A stretch of 64,000 nt of DNA from positions 64,001-128,000 of the forward strand of contig OZ241322.1 of NCBI GenBank assembly GCA_965199715.1, read 5' to 3'. Under the pieces are notes generated by a model. It was not told the DNA's origin. It was given only the letters and a program-made list of their open reading frames with translations, and ran no database searches. The stretch is from Vicinamibacteria bacterium (GTDB lineage Bacteria > Acidobacteriota > Vicinamibacteria > Marinacidobacterales > Marinacidobacteraceae). Positions 1 through 8,984 of the stretch are shown here, piece after piece (the stretch's first letter is position 1; each line of letters opens with the position of its first letter). The position numbers and the translations under genes are program-made.

Positions 1-126
1 GTGGAAGCGCTTCCGCTCCGCCTCGCCCGGCTCGAACGAGCCGTCGGTTAGCACGCCGTCCACGTCCAGCAGCAGCGCGCGGACGCGGCCGGTGCGCCGC
101 GCCAGCTCGGGCGTCCAGTCAGTCAA
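1..126 (-). CDS. kdsC: KDO 8-phosphate phosphatase-like HAD hydrolase, N-terminal part (runs off the window edge)
   Basis: Manual translation LTDWTPELARRTGRVRALLLDVDGVLTDG...KRFH has HAD motif I DVDGVLTD. TTG start lies just after the pyrG stop. Confidence 0.8.
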   Translation of the reverse strand, partial: MTDWTPELARRTGRVRALLLDVDGVLTDGSFEPGEAERKRFH

Positions 127-127
127 C

Positions 128-1753
128 TCAGGCGCGCGATTCCCGGCGCCGGAGCGCCGCCCCCACGAACTCCCGGAAGAGCGGGTGCGGCCTCAGCGGG
201 TTGGACAGGAACTCGGGGTGGAACTGGACGCCCACGAACCACGGGTGCTCGGGGATCTCGGCGATCTCGTAATACCCGTCCTCGGTCGTGCCGGTGAAGC
301 GCATGCCGCGGGCTCCCAGCGCCGGCTCGAATTCGGGCACGAACTCGTACCGGTGCCGGTGCCGTTCGCGGATCTCCTCCCGCCCGTACGTGCGGGCCGC
401 GAGCGACCCGGGCGTCAGGAAGACCGTCTGGGCCCCGACGCGCATCGTGCCGCCCATCTCGGTGACCCCGTGGAGCTTCCGAAGACGCGCGAACAGGATC
501 TCGTCCGACTCGGGATCCAGCTCCTCGGTGGAGGCGCCGGCGAGGCCGCACTCGCTGCGGGCGAACTCCAGCACCGCGAGCTGCATCCCGTAGCAGATGC
601 CGAGGTAGGGGGTTCCCGTCGTCCGGGCGCGCCCGGCGGCGGCCTCCATGCCCGCGGCGCCGCGCCGCCCGAAGCCGCCCGGAACGAGAATTCCGTCCGC
701 TTCCTTCAGCTCCCGGAAGTCTTCGAGGTCGAGGTTCTCCGCCTCGATCCACTGGATCCGGACCACGGCGTCGTGGGAGACCCCGCCGTGCGCAAGCGCC
801 TCGCCGAGGCTCTTGTACGCGTCTTGGTGGTCCACGTACTTGCCGACGATCGCGATATCGACCTCGCCCTTCCCGCGATGCATGCTGCGCGCCGCCCGGT
901 TCCAGCGGGCGAGGTCGCGCTTGCGCGGACGCAGCTTGAAATGCCGGAGGATCCGCGCGTCCACCCCCTCGGAGGCGAGGTTCACCGGCACGTCGTAGAT
1001 GGACGCGGCGTCCACGGCGCTGAACACGGCCGCCGGATCGACCGAGGTGTGGAGCCCGATCTTGGTCTTGACCTCCGCCGGGAGCGCGTGCTCGGCCCGG
1101 CACAGGAGCACGTCGGGCTGGATGCCGATGGCCCGCAGCTCGCGCACGCTGTGCTGCGTCGGCTTCGTCTTGTACTCCCCGGCGGTCCGCACGAGGGGAA
1201 CGAGGGTCAGGTGGAGGAAGCAGGTCCTCGTGGCGCCCACGTCGAGCCGGTACTGGCGCACCGCCTCGAGGAACGGCTGGCTCTCGATGTCCCCGACCGT
1301 GCCGCCGATCTCCACGATCACCACGTCCGGGCCGGTCGCGGCGATGCGGGTGATGCGCCGCTTGATCTCGTCGGTGACGTGCGGGATGACCTGGACGGTC
1401 GCCCCGAGGTAGCCGCCCCGGCGCTCCCGCGCGAGGACCGTCTCGTAGATCTGGCCGCTCGTGGCGTTCGAGTGCGCGGTGCACGAGACCTCGGTGAACC
1501 GCTCGTAGTGGCCCACGTCGAGGTCGGTCTCGGCGCCGTCCTCGGTCACGAAGACCTCGCCGTGCTGGTACGGGCTCATCGTGCCCGGATCCACGTTCAG
1601 ATACGGATCGCACTTGAGGAACGCGACCGAATAGCCCTGCGACTGGAGCAGCCGCCCGATGGACGCGGACGCGAGCCCCTTCCCGAGGGAGGAGATGACG
1701 CCGCCGGTGACGAAGAGAAAGCGCGTGTGGTCCGGGACTGCGGCGGAACCCAT
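128..1753 (-). CDS. pyrG: CTP synthase
   Basis: FVTGGVISSLGKG, DPYLNVDPGTMSPYQHGEV, GICYGMQ, RHRHRYE and QFHPEF motifs. Confidence 0.99.
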   Translation of the reverse strand: MGSAAVPDHTRFLFVTGGVISSLGKGLASASIGRLLQSQGYSVAFLKCDPYLNVDPGTMSPYQHGEVFVTEDGAETDLDVGHYERFTEVSCTAHSNATSGQIYETVLARERRGGYLGATVQVIPHVTDEIKRRITRIAATGPDVVIVEIGGTVGDIESQPFLEAVRQYRLDVGATRTCFLHLTLVPLVRTAGEYKTKPTQHSVRELRAIGIQPDVLLCRAEHALPAEVKTKIGLHTSVDPAAVFSAVDAASIYDVPVNLASEGVDARILRHFKLRPRKRDLARWNRAARSMHRGKGEVDIAIVGKYVDHQDAYKSLGEALAHGGVSHDAVVRIQWIEAENLDLEDFRELKEADGILVPGGFGRRGAAGMEAAAGRARTTGTPYLGICYGMQLAVLEFARSECGLAGASTEELDPESDEILFARLRKLHGVTEMGGTMRVGAQTVFLTPGSLAARTYGREEIRERHRHRYEFVPEFEPALGARGMRFTGTTEDGYYEIAEIPEHPWFVGVQFHPEFLSNPLRPHPLFREFVGAALRRRESRA

Positions 1754-1806
1754 CAGGTCCGTCGCGGCTCGCTTCGTTCCATGCCCCGCGAACTATAGGG
1801 GAAACG

Positions 1807-1867
1807 AGTTTTCCACAAACGGGCGATTTCGTGGTTGGTTTTTCGATTTCGCGCGTCTTTAACAGAC
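1807..1867 (+). promoter_or_regulatory. Putative pilus-operon promoter/operator, copy 1
   Basis: AT-rich intergenic region. 35 of 61 positions are identical, without gaps, to 7619-7679 upstream of pilV. Confidence 0.55.
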
Positions 1868-2989
1868 ATGCGCAAATTTCAGATTCGCGCCGACGGCGAG
1901 CAGCATCGCCGGGCGGCCGAGCGCCTCGGCGAGCTGTTGCGGCAGCTCCGGGAGCTCGGCGGCAGCGACTTGCACCTCGGCCCGGGCGCGTCGCCGCACT
2001 TCCGCGTGGACGGCGAGCTCGGGACCGCCGGCCGGCCCCCGCTGTCCCCCGAGGACGTGGAGGCGATGGTCGTGGCCCAGCTTCCCCCGCGCCAGCGGGA
2101 GAGCCTCGCCGAAGGCGGGGAGCTGGACTACGCCTTCACCCTGGTCGGCGTCGCCCGTTTCCGCGGGACGGCGTTCTTCCGGCGCGGGCGGGTCGGCGCC
2201 GTGTACCGCATCGTGAGCCGCGATCTCGAGTCGCTCGGCGACCTCGGCCTCCCCGACCGGGTCCTCCGCCTCGCCGACCTCTCGACCGGTCTCGTGCTGG
2301 CGTCGGGCCCGGTCGGCTCGGGCAAGTCCACCACGCTGGCGGCGATCGTGGACCGGATCAACCGGACCCGGCGCGCTCACGTCGTGACGGTCGAGGACCC
2401 GGTGGAGTTCCTGCATCCGAACCAGCGGTCGCTCGTCACCCAGCGGCAGGTCGGCTCGGACACCGAGTCCTTCCACACGGCGCTGCGCTCGGTGCTGCGG
2501 GCGGATCCCGACGTGGTCGCCATCGGCGAGATCCGCGACCGGGAGACCGCCGACGCGGCGCTGCGCGTCACCGAGACCGGGCACCTCGCGCTCGCGACGC
2601 TCCACGCCCGCTCGGTCCTCCATGCGATCACCCGGATCGTGGAGCTGTTTCCGCCCGAGCAGCACCGCCAGATCCGCAACCGCCTCTCGGCGACCCTCGA
2701 GGGAGCGCTGTGCCAGCGGCTCGTGCCCCGCGCCGCCGGATCGGGGCGCGTACTCGCGGTGGAGCGGCTGCTTCCCACCCCGGCGGCGCGCAACCTGATC
2801 CGCGAGGACAAGCTGCACCAGTTGTTCGCGGTGATGCAGGCGGGGTCCGACCGGACCGCCTCGGTGCGCCTCGACGACGAGCTCGCGTCGCTCGTCGAGC
2901 GCGGCGCGATCGGAGAGCCCGACGCGCTGCGGGTCGCGAGCGATCCGAAGGCCCTGCGGGCGCGGTTCGCCGGGAACGCGGCGCGATGA
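1868..2989 (+). CDS. pilT: Type IV pilus retraction ATPase
   Basis: SDLHL, Walker A GPVGSGKSTT, EDPVE, GEIRD, ETGH...TLH and AARNLIRE (AIRNLIRE-like) motifs. Confidence 0.93.
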   Translation: MRKFQIRADGEQHRRAAERLGELLRQLRELGGSDLHLGPGASPHFRVDGELGTAGRPPLSPEDVEAMVVAQLPPRQRESLAEGGELDYAFTLVGVARFRGTAFFRRGRVGAVYRIVSRDLESLGDLGLPDRVLRLADLSTGLVLASGPVGSGKSTTLAAIVDRINRTRRAHVVTVEDPVEFLHPNQRSLVTQRQVGSDTESFHTALRSVLRADPDVVAIGEIRDRETADAALRVTETGHLALATLHARSVLHAITRIVELFPPEQHRQIRNRLSATLEGALCQRLVPRAAGSGRVLAVERLLPTPAARNLIREDKLHQLFAVMQAGSDRTASVRLDDELASLVERGAIGEPDALRVASDPKALRARFAGNAAR

Positions 2990-4071
2990 GCCGGGCGCTG
3001 CGGCGGCTGCGGGCCGTGGGCGAGGGCGCGTGGCCGCCGGTGACCCGCCGGCAGGTCGCGCTCCTGATCCGTCAACTGGCGATGATGGTGGCGGCCGGGC
3101 TTCCGCTCGTCGAGAGCCTCGAGGTCCTCCGCGCCCAGCAGGAGCACCGCCGGCTCCGCGACGCGGTCGATGCGATGGGGGCGGATGTCCGCTCCGGGCG
3201 TTCGCTGGCCCAGGCCATGGGCCGGCACCCGCGGATCTTCGGCAAGCTCTCGGTGGCCATGACCGCGATCGGCGAGGCGGGCGGACGGCTGGACCGGAGC
3301 CTCCTGCGGCTGTCAGGCGAGCTCGACGAAAGCGCCCGCATGGCGGCGCAGGTGCGCGGCGCGTTCGCCTATCCGCTGGCCGTGGGCTCCATCGGAATCC
3401 TCGTGGTGGTGGTGATCCTCTGGCGGGTGGTTCCCGTGTTCGCCGAGCTCTACGAGGGCCTCGACGCGGAACTTCCGCTCATCACCCGCATGGTCATCGC
3501 CGCATCGGAGTCGGTGGGCGCCCACGCGCTCCTCGGGGGCGCACTCCTCGCGGGCGCGGCGCTGTTCGTCCTGCGCTTCCGAAGAAGCGAGTCCGGCGGC
3601 GCCCTCGTGGACCGGCTCGTCCTGAAGACGCCGTTGTTCGGCAAGCTCGCCTTCCGGGCGGCGCTGGCCCGCTTCTGCCGCACCCTCGCCACGCTGGTGA
3701 GCGCCGGGCTCCCGGTGCTCGAGGGCATGGACATCGCCCGGCGCGCCATGGGAAACCGCCATCTCGAGGATGCGCTCGGCCGCGTCCGCGAGCGCGTCGA
3801 GACCGGGAGTTCGCTCTCGGGCCCGCTGCGGCAGGCGGGCATGTTTCCGCCCATGGCGTGCCAGCTCGTCGCCGTGGGCGAGCGCACCGGCGAACTCGAC
3901 GAGGCGCTCGCCAAGGTGGCCGACTTCTACGAGGACGAGGTCCGCCGCGCCAGCGAGGCTCTGCTCCCGCTCCTCGAACCCCTTCTCATCCTGGTCCTCG
4001 GCGTGGTCATCGGTGCGATCGTGATCGCCATGTACCTGCCGATCTGGACCCTCGTGGGGCGCCTCTCCTGA
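2986..4071 (+). CDS. pilC: Type IV pilus/T2SS F-family platform protein
   Basis: Two T2SSF repeats (RQLAMMVAAGLPL...GEAGG; RTLATLVSAGLP...GERTG) and a C-terminal AMYLPI. ATGA overlap with pilT. Confidence 0.93.
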   Translation: MSRALRRLRAVGEGAWPPVTRRQVALLIRQLAMMVAAGLPLVESLEVLRAQQEHRRLRDAVDAMGADVRSGRSLAQAMGRHPRIFGKLSVAMTAIGEAGGRLDRSLLRLSGELDESARMAAQVRGAFAYPLAVGSIGILVVVVILWRVVPVFAELYEGLDAELPLITRMVIAASESVGAHALLGGALLAGAALFVLRFRRSESGGALVDRLVLKTPLFGKLAFRAALARFCRTLATLVSAGLPVLEGMDIARRAMGNRHLEDALGRVRERVETGSSLSGPLRQAGMFPPMACQLVAVGERTGELDEALAKVADFYEDEVRRASEALLPLLEPLLILVLGVVIGAIVIAMYLPIWTLVGRLS

Positions 4072-4136
4072 GCCGCCCCGCCTTCTCTCCTCCCGGAGGT
4101 CCCTTCCTTATGATTCCTCGCGCTTCCCGAAGCCCC

Positions 4137-4685
4137 ATGAAACCCCCCGCCGCCGATTCCGGCTTCACGCTCATCGAGCTCCTGATCGTGATCGCGATCA
4201 TCGGCGTGATCGCCGGGATCGCGATCCCCCAGTTGCTCCGCGCCCGGCTCTCGGCCAACGAGGCGCAGGTCATCGGCGACTCGCGCGCCGTGATCGCCGC
4301 CGAGCAGACGTACGCCGCCTCCAACTGCGGATTCTTCTCCGACCTCGTCAACCTCTGCCGCGGCGGAGGCGACTGCGCCGGGGTCGGCATCCCGAACTAC
4401 CCGGACGCCGCCCCCGAGTTCGTCGGCGGCGATCTGGGGCGCACGAGCCCGTACGTCAAGTCGGGTTACAGCCGCACGCTCGCGGGGAACGGGAGCCCCA
4501 CGACCGTCCCCGACCACTGCGATCCCGACAGCCTGCTCGACTATTGCTACCACGCCGAGCCGGCGGACGTGGGCCGCACCGGCGTGCGCAGCTTCTCGGC
4601 CACGAGCGCCGGCGCGCTCTACACGGCGCCCGACGGAGTCGCGATCGCCTGTCCGGTGCCGGCCGGGACCGCCTTCCTCGAGTAG
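4137..4685 (+). CDS. pilA: Major type IV pilin-like protein
   Basis: Class III signal G|FTLIELLIVIAIIGVIAGIAIP followed by RARLSANE; six Cys. An alternative ATG lies at 4110. Confidence 0.85.
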   Translation: MKPPAADSGFTLIELLIVIAIIGVIAGIAIPQLLRARLSANEAQVIGDSRAVIAAEQTYAASNCGFFSDLVNLCRGGGDCAGVGIPNYPDAAPEFVGGDLGRTSPYVKSGYSRTLAGNGSPTTVPDHCDPDSLLDYCYHAEPADVGRTGVRSFSATSAGALYTAPDGVAIACPVPAGTAFLE

Positions 4686-4691
4686 GCCGGC

Positions 4692-5372
4692 TTGCCGGCG
4701 ATCCGCGCCCGCTCCGTCCGCCGCTCGTTCCCCTCCGCGGGGAACGTGGTCGAGGACGTGAGCTTCGACGTGGCGGCGGGCGAGACCGTGGCGCTCGTCG
4801 GCCGCAACCAGGCGGGCAAGTCCACCCTGCTGCGCCTCCTCGCCGGGCTGCTCCGCCCGGACTCCGGGGAGGCGCTCCTCGGCGGGCTCCCGGCGACTCG
4901 TCCATCGGCGCGTCGCGGGCTCGGCTTCCTCGACGAGGGGGCCCCGCTGCCGGGAGGGCTCCGCCCGCTGGAGGCGGTCCAGCTCGCGGCGCGCCTCGGC
5001 GGCGGCGACGCGAAGGCAGCGGCGGAGCGGGTCGGCGTTCCGGTCGCCTCGCGGCGGCCGCTCTCCCGCTGCTCGCGTGGAATCCGCCAGCGCGCCGGGC
5101 TCGCCGCCGCCCTCGCCCCGGCGTCGCGCGCGCTGATCCTCGACGAGCCGTTCTCCGGACTCGATCCGGTGGCGTGGGATCTGGCGGCGCGGGCGATCCG
5201 CGACGCGGCGGACGCCGGCGCGGCGGTGCTGCTGAGCCTCCATTCGGAATCCGCGGTCACGTCGCTCGCGGACCGGGTCGCGGTGCTGCGGCGCGGGCGG
5301 CTCGTCCGCGAGGGGCCGGCCCGGGATTTCGTCGGCCCCCCCGGTTGGCTCCTCGCCGCGGTGCGCGAGTGA
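4692..5372 (+). CDS. ABC transporter ATP-binding protein (PilH-like, pilus-associated)
   Basis: Walker A GRNQAGKST, degenerate signature CSRGIRQR, Walker B LILDEP. Confidence 0.85.
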   Translation: MPAIRARSVRRSFPSAGNVVEDVSFDVAAGETVALVGRNQAGKSTLLRLLAGLLRPDSGEALLGGLPATRPSARRGLGFLDEGAPLPGGLRPLEAVQLAARLGGGDAKAAAERVGVPVASRRPLSRCSRGIRQRAGLAAALAPASRALILDEPFSGLDPVAWDLAARAIRDAADAGAAVLLSLHSESAVTSLADRVAVLRRGRLVREGPARDFVGPPGWLLAAVRE

Positions 5373-6076
5373 TGGCCCGGGCCGTCCTCGCGCTCGGCCG
5401 CGCCTCGGCGGCGTCGTTCTTGCGCGACCGGGGACCGCTCGCCGCCCTTGCGGTCGTCGTCGCGTCGCTCGGCCTCGCGGTCCTCCTGACGGGAGCCACG
5501 ATCGGCTCCTCGGGCCGCCTGCTGGCGGACTTCGGCTGGTTCGCCGCCGGGGTCGGCGGCTGGGCGCTCGCGATCGGGTACGGGAGCGGCCTCGCCGACC
5601 GGGGCGGCGTGCTCGGGCCGCTCGCGCTCGCGAGCCCGGTGGGCGCCGGGACGGTCGTCCTCGGCCGCTTCCTCGGCCTCGCCGCCGGTCTCGCCGCGTT
5701 CGCCGCGCTCGCGACGGTCCTTCTCGTTCTCGCGCTCGAGAATCCCGTCGCCGCGGCGGGGTGGCTGCTCTTCCTTCGCCTCGTCGTGGTGCTGTCCCTT
5801 TCGACCTTCCTCGCGAGCGTCCTGCGGCCGGGCCCGGCGGCGCTGCTCGCGGCGCCGACGGCGCTCGCCGGCTGGCTCCCCGCCGATCCCGGCGGCTGCC
5901 TCGCGGCCGCCGGACGCATGCTCCTGCCGCGGCTTGCGCTGCTCGCGCCGCCCGGCGGCGAACCGGTCGCGCTCGCCGGACCGACGCTCCACGCCGTCGC
6001 GTATTCGGCCGGGATGCTCGCGCTCGCCGCGCTCCTGACGGGGCCGGTCCGCCGCCGGCGCGGAGACCGCGGGTGA
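5372..6076 (+). CDS. ABC-2-type permease (PilI-like)
   Basis: Several hydrophobic helices; coupled to the ABC ATPase gene; LASPVG...VVLGRFLG pattern. Confidence 0.65.
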   Translation: MARAVLALGRASAASFLRDRGPLAALAVVVASLGLAVLLTGATIGSSGRLLADFGWFAAGVGGWALAIGYGSGLADRGGVLGPLALASPVGAGTVVLGRFLGLAAGLAAFAALATVLLVLALENPVAAAGWLLFLRLVVVLSLSTFLASVLRPGPAALLAAPTALAGWLPADPGGCLAAAGRMLLPRLALLAPPGGEPVALAGPTLHAVAYSAGMLALAALLTGPVRRRRGDRG

Positions 6077-6879
6077 TTCGCGGCGCGCTCGCGCTGGCGC
6101 TCCTCGTCCTCGCCGCCGCGGCGCCCGGCGGGGGGCGCGCGCCGCCGATCCCGGACTTCGCCGCGCTCCCGCTCCCCGCCGGCGTCCGCAGCCTGCTCGC
6201 CGACCTGGCGTGGATGCGCGCCGTCCAGCACTACGGGGCGCAGCGGCTCCAAGGCCGCCTTGGATTTCCCGAGCTCGAAAGCGGAATCCTCAGCGCCGCC
6301 CGGCTCGATCCCGACTTCCGCGCGCCCGCGGTCTCGGGGGCGCTGCTGCTCGCCGAGCCGCCTCCCTTCGGGCCGGGCCGTCCCGACGCGGCGGCGGCGC
6401 TGCTGCGGGACAGGGTGGAGCGGCGTCCCGACGACGAATCAGCGGCGCTCGTGCTCGGCCTCGTCCATCTGTGGCACCTCGGCGATCCGGACGGCGCGGC
6501 GCGCGTGTTCGCCCGCGAGGCGGCTCGCCCGGACGCGCCGCCCTGGTTCGCCGCGCTGGCCGCGCGTTCGTTCACCGAAGCGGGGGTGCGCGACGCCGCC
6601 CGGTTGATCTGGAGCCGCCTCCTGAGCGAATCGGAGACCGACCGGGAGCGGGCCAACGCCCGGACCCATCTCGCCCAGCTCGACGCCCTCGACGAGCTCG
6701 ACCGGCTGACCGAGGCGATCCGCGGCCTCCCGGACGCGGACGGCTGGGAGGACATCGTAGCGGCCGGAATTCTCCCGGAGATCCCCCGCGATCCGGCCGG
6801 AGTTCCCTACCGGTTCGCCGGCGGCGCGCCCGAGATCGCCCCCGCGTCGCCGCTCGCCGGATTCCCCGGTCGCCGATGA
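6073..6879 (+). CDS. Helical/TPR-like pilus accessory protein (PilG-like of the Myxococcus/Geobacter type)
   Basis: N-terminal hydrophobic segment, LLADLAWMRAVQHYG, LDPDF, and C-terminal IPRDPAGVPY. Located between the ABC genes and pilD. Confidence 0.6.
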   Translation: MIRGALALALLVLAAAAPGGGRAPPIPDFAALPLPAGVRSLLADLAWMRAVQHYGAQRLQGRLGFPELESGILSAARLDPDFRAPAVSGALLLAEPPPFGPGRPDAAAALLRDRVERRPDDESAALVLGLVHLWHLGDPDGAARVFAREAARPDAPPWFAALAARSFTEAGVRDAARLIWSRLLSESETDRERANARTHLAQLDALDELDRLTEAIRGLPDADGWEDIVAAGILPEIPRDPAGVPYRFAGGAPEIAPASPLAGFPGRR

Positions 6880-7613
6880 CGATCCTCGGCGCGGCGCTCG
6901 CCGGGGCGACGCTCGGCAGCTTCCTGAACGTGATCGCGACCCGGCTCCCCGCGGGCGAGTCGGTCGCGCGCCCCCGCTCCCATTGCCGCGACTGCGGGCG
7001 ACCGCTGCGCCTCGCGGACCTCATGCCGGTTCTCTCGTTCGCGCTGCTGCGCGGAGCCTGCCGCGACTGCGGAGCCCGAATCCCGCTCCGGTACCCGCTC
7101 GTCGAGGCGTTCGGCGCGGCGCTCGTCGTCTGGGCGGCCGCGGGCGGCTGGTCCGACCCGCTTCACGTCCTTCTGCGGATTGCGTTCCTCAGCCTGCTGC
7201 TCACGCTGCTCGTGACCGATCTCGAGCGCATGATCCTTCCCGACCGGCTCACGCTGGGCGGGCTCGCCGCCGGGCTCGCGTTCGCCGCGCTGGGACTCCC
7301 GCCGGGACCCCTCGAAGCCGCGCTCGGAGCGGTCGTCGGCGTCGGGCTTCCGTGCGCGCTGCGGTTCCTCTACCTCCGCTGGCGCGGGGTCGAGGCGCTC
7401 GGTCTCGGCGACGTGAAGATGCTGGGGATGGTCGGCGCGTTCCTCGGACCGGCCGGGGTGTTCCAGACGCTCGGGCTGGGGTCGGCGCTCGCGCTTCTCG
7501 CGACCCTTCCGCTCCTGCTTCTGGGAAGGATTTCCCGCACGACGCGCATCCCTTTCGGCGCGTTTCTGGCGCTCGCCGCCGCCGCCGCATTCGTGCTCCG
7601 GGAACGCGCCTGA
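6876..7613 (+). CDS. pilD: Prepilin peptidase
   Basis: GSFLNV, two CxxC (CRDC) pairs, catalytic TDLE and GLGDVKM, C-terminal IPFGAFLA. Confidence 0.95.
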   Translation: MTILGAALAGATLGSFLNVIATRLPAGESVARPRSHCRDCGRPLRLADLMPVLSFALLRGACRDCGARIPLRYPLVEAFGAALVVWAAAGGWSDPLHVLLRIAFLSLLLTLLVTDLERMILPDRLTLGGLAAGLAFAALGLPPGPLEAALGAVVGVGLPCALRFLYLRWRGVEALGLGDVKMLGMVGAFLGPAGVFQTLGLGSALALLATLPLLLLGRISRTTRIPFGAFLALAAAAAFVLRERA

Positions 7614-7618
7614 AAAAA

Positions 7619-7679
7619 AGTTTTCCCCAATTGCCCCGTTTCGTGCACGCAATTCCGATTCGTTACGTGTATTCCTTGC
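7619..7679 (+). promoter_or_regulatory. Putative pilus-operon promoter/operator, copy 2
   Basis: AT-rich intergenic region with the same blocks and spacing to the ATG as 1807-1867. Confidence 0.55.
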
Positions 7680-8198
7680 ATGGTTTCACGACGACTCGGC
7701 GCGCCGCCCCCCGCGGCTGACGCAACCCGACCGGCGCAGCGGGGGTTCTCGCTCGTCGAAGCTCTCTTCGCCGCGGCTCTTCTCGCGATGGGCGGCGGCG
7801 CCTTCTTGCGCTCGGTGACGGCGGCCGGCGCGGCCGGCCACTCCGCGGTCGGGGCTGACCTCGCGGCCCGCGTGGCCCGCGACCGGCTCGACCGGCTGCA
7901 CGCCGCGCCGATGCACCGCACCTGGCCGCTACCCGGCTACCACCCCTCGGTCGCCCCCGGAGGCGGGGTCGATCCCGGCGGGGCGGGGGTTCCCGGCTAC
8001 GTCGCGTGGTTCGACGAGCATGGGGACGAGACCGACGAGTCCCGGGCGCGTTTCGAGTCCCGGTGGCGCGTCGAGGAGGCGACTCCCGCCGGCGGCGACC
8101 TCGCGGGCCTCGCCTTCACGGTCGTCGTCCTTCCCGTCGGCGGCGGACGCGCTCCCGTCGTCCGCCTCTCCTCCTTCCGGGCGGCGAACGGTGAGTAG
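7680..8198 (+). CDS. pilV: Minor pilin, PilV-like
   Basis: RG|FSLVEALFAAALL class III signal; short protein. Confidence 0.7.
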   Translation: MVSRRLGAPPPAADATRPAQRGFSLVEALFAAALLAMGGGAFLRSVTAAGAAGHSAVGADLAARVARDRLDRLHAAPMHRTWPLPGYHPSVAPGGGVDPGGAGVPGYVAWFDEHGDETDESRARFESRWRVEEATPAGGDLAGLAFTVVVLPVGGGRAPVVRLSSFRAANGE

Positions 8199-8946
8199 GC
8201 CGGACTCGGGGCTGGCGCTCCCCGTCGCGCTCCTCCTCGTGCTCTCGCTCGCCGTGCTCAGCGCCGCCGTGCTCTCCAGCATCGGCGCCGGCGCCGACGT
8301 CAGCCGGAACCGCCTGTGGGCCGAGACCGCCCGCGGCCGGGCCGAAGCCGGCCTCGAGTACGCGAAGATCGTGCTCGCGGCCTGGGTGAAGCGCGACGGC
8401 GACTGGAGCGGCGCGCTCCCGCCGGCGCGGTCCGCCGTCCGCGTCCGGCGCGGCGCCCCCTGGGGAGCGGCGCTGCCGGCGGATCCGAGCGCCTGCCGGA
8501 ACCCCGAGCGCCCAGGCTGCCGCGACTACCAGATCTTCCGCGACGAGTCCGCAGGCGGGGCGACCGCCCGGATCTACGTCGGGCGCGTGCTGCGCGCCCC
8601 CGGCGGGCGGGCGCTGCTGTTCGACCCCCGCGCCGCCGGTTCGGGCTGGACCCCGGATCCCTCGGAAGTGGATTTGCGCGGCGTGACCGTATGGGCGCGG
8701 CGGCCGGTAGTCGGAACGGCGGACGCCGGCGCGCCCCACGACCGCGTCGTGCTCACCGCCGAGGCGCGGTACCCGCCGCCGGCGGACGAGGCGGACCCCC
8801 ACGCGATGGCGCGCCTCGAGATGACGCTGCGCCTCGCCCCGAGGCCCGCTCCCGCCGCCGACGGCCCGCTCGACTACGGCGGCCCGGGGAACCGCTTCCG
8901 CAACGTGCCGCGCCGCCCCGGCGGGCGCTTCCAGATCGTCGAGTAG
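8191..8946 (+). CDS. pilX: Minor pilin, PilX-like
   Basis: SG|LALPVALLLV lacks Glu5, as PilX/GspK do; RAEAGLE motif. Confidence 0.7.
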   Translation: MSRPDSGLALPVALLLVLSLAVLSAAVLSSIGAGADVSRNRLWAETARGRAEAGLEYAKIVLAAWVKRDGDWSGALPPARSAVRVRRGAPWGAALPADPSACRNPERPGCRDYQIFRDESAGGATARIYVGRVLRAPGGRALLFDPRAAGSGWTPDPSEVDLRGVTVWARRPVVGTADAGAPHDRVVLTAEARYPPPADEADPHAMARLEMTLRLAPRPAPAADGPLDYGGPGNRFRNVPRRPGGRFQIVE

Positions 8947-8984
8947 CCCTTGACGGCTCTCATTTCCAAGGAGGAACAGACGTC

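Noticed and set aside
1809-1817. TTTTCCACA matches the DnaA-box consensus TTWTNCACA
   Set aside because: It is a single copy with no box cluster or dnaA nearby, and it is better explained as part of the motif shared with 7619-7679.
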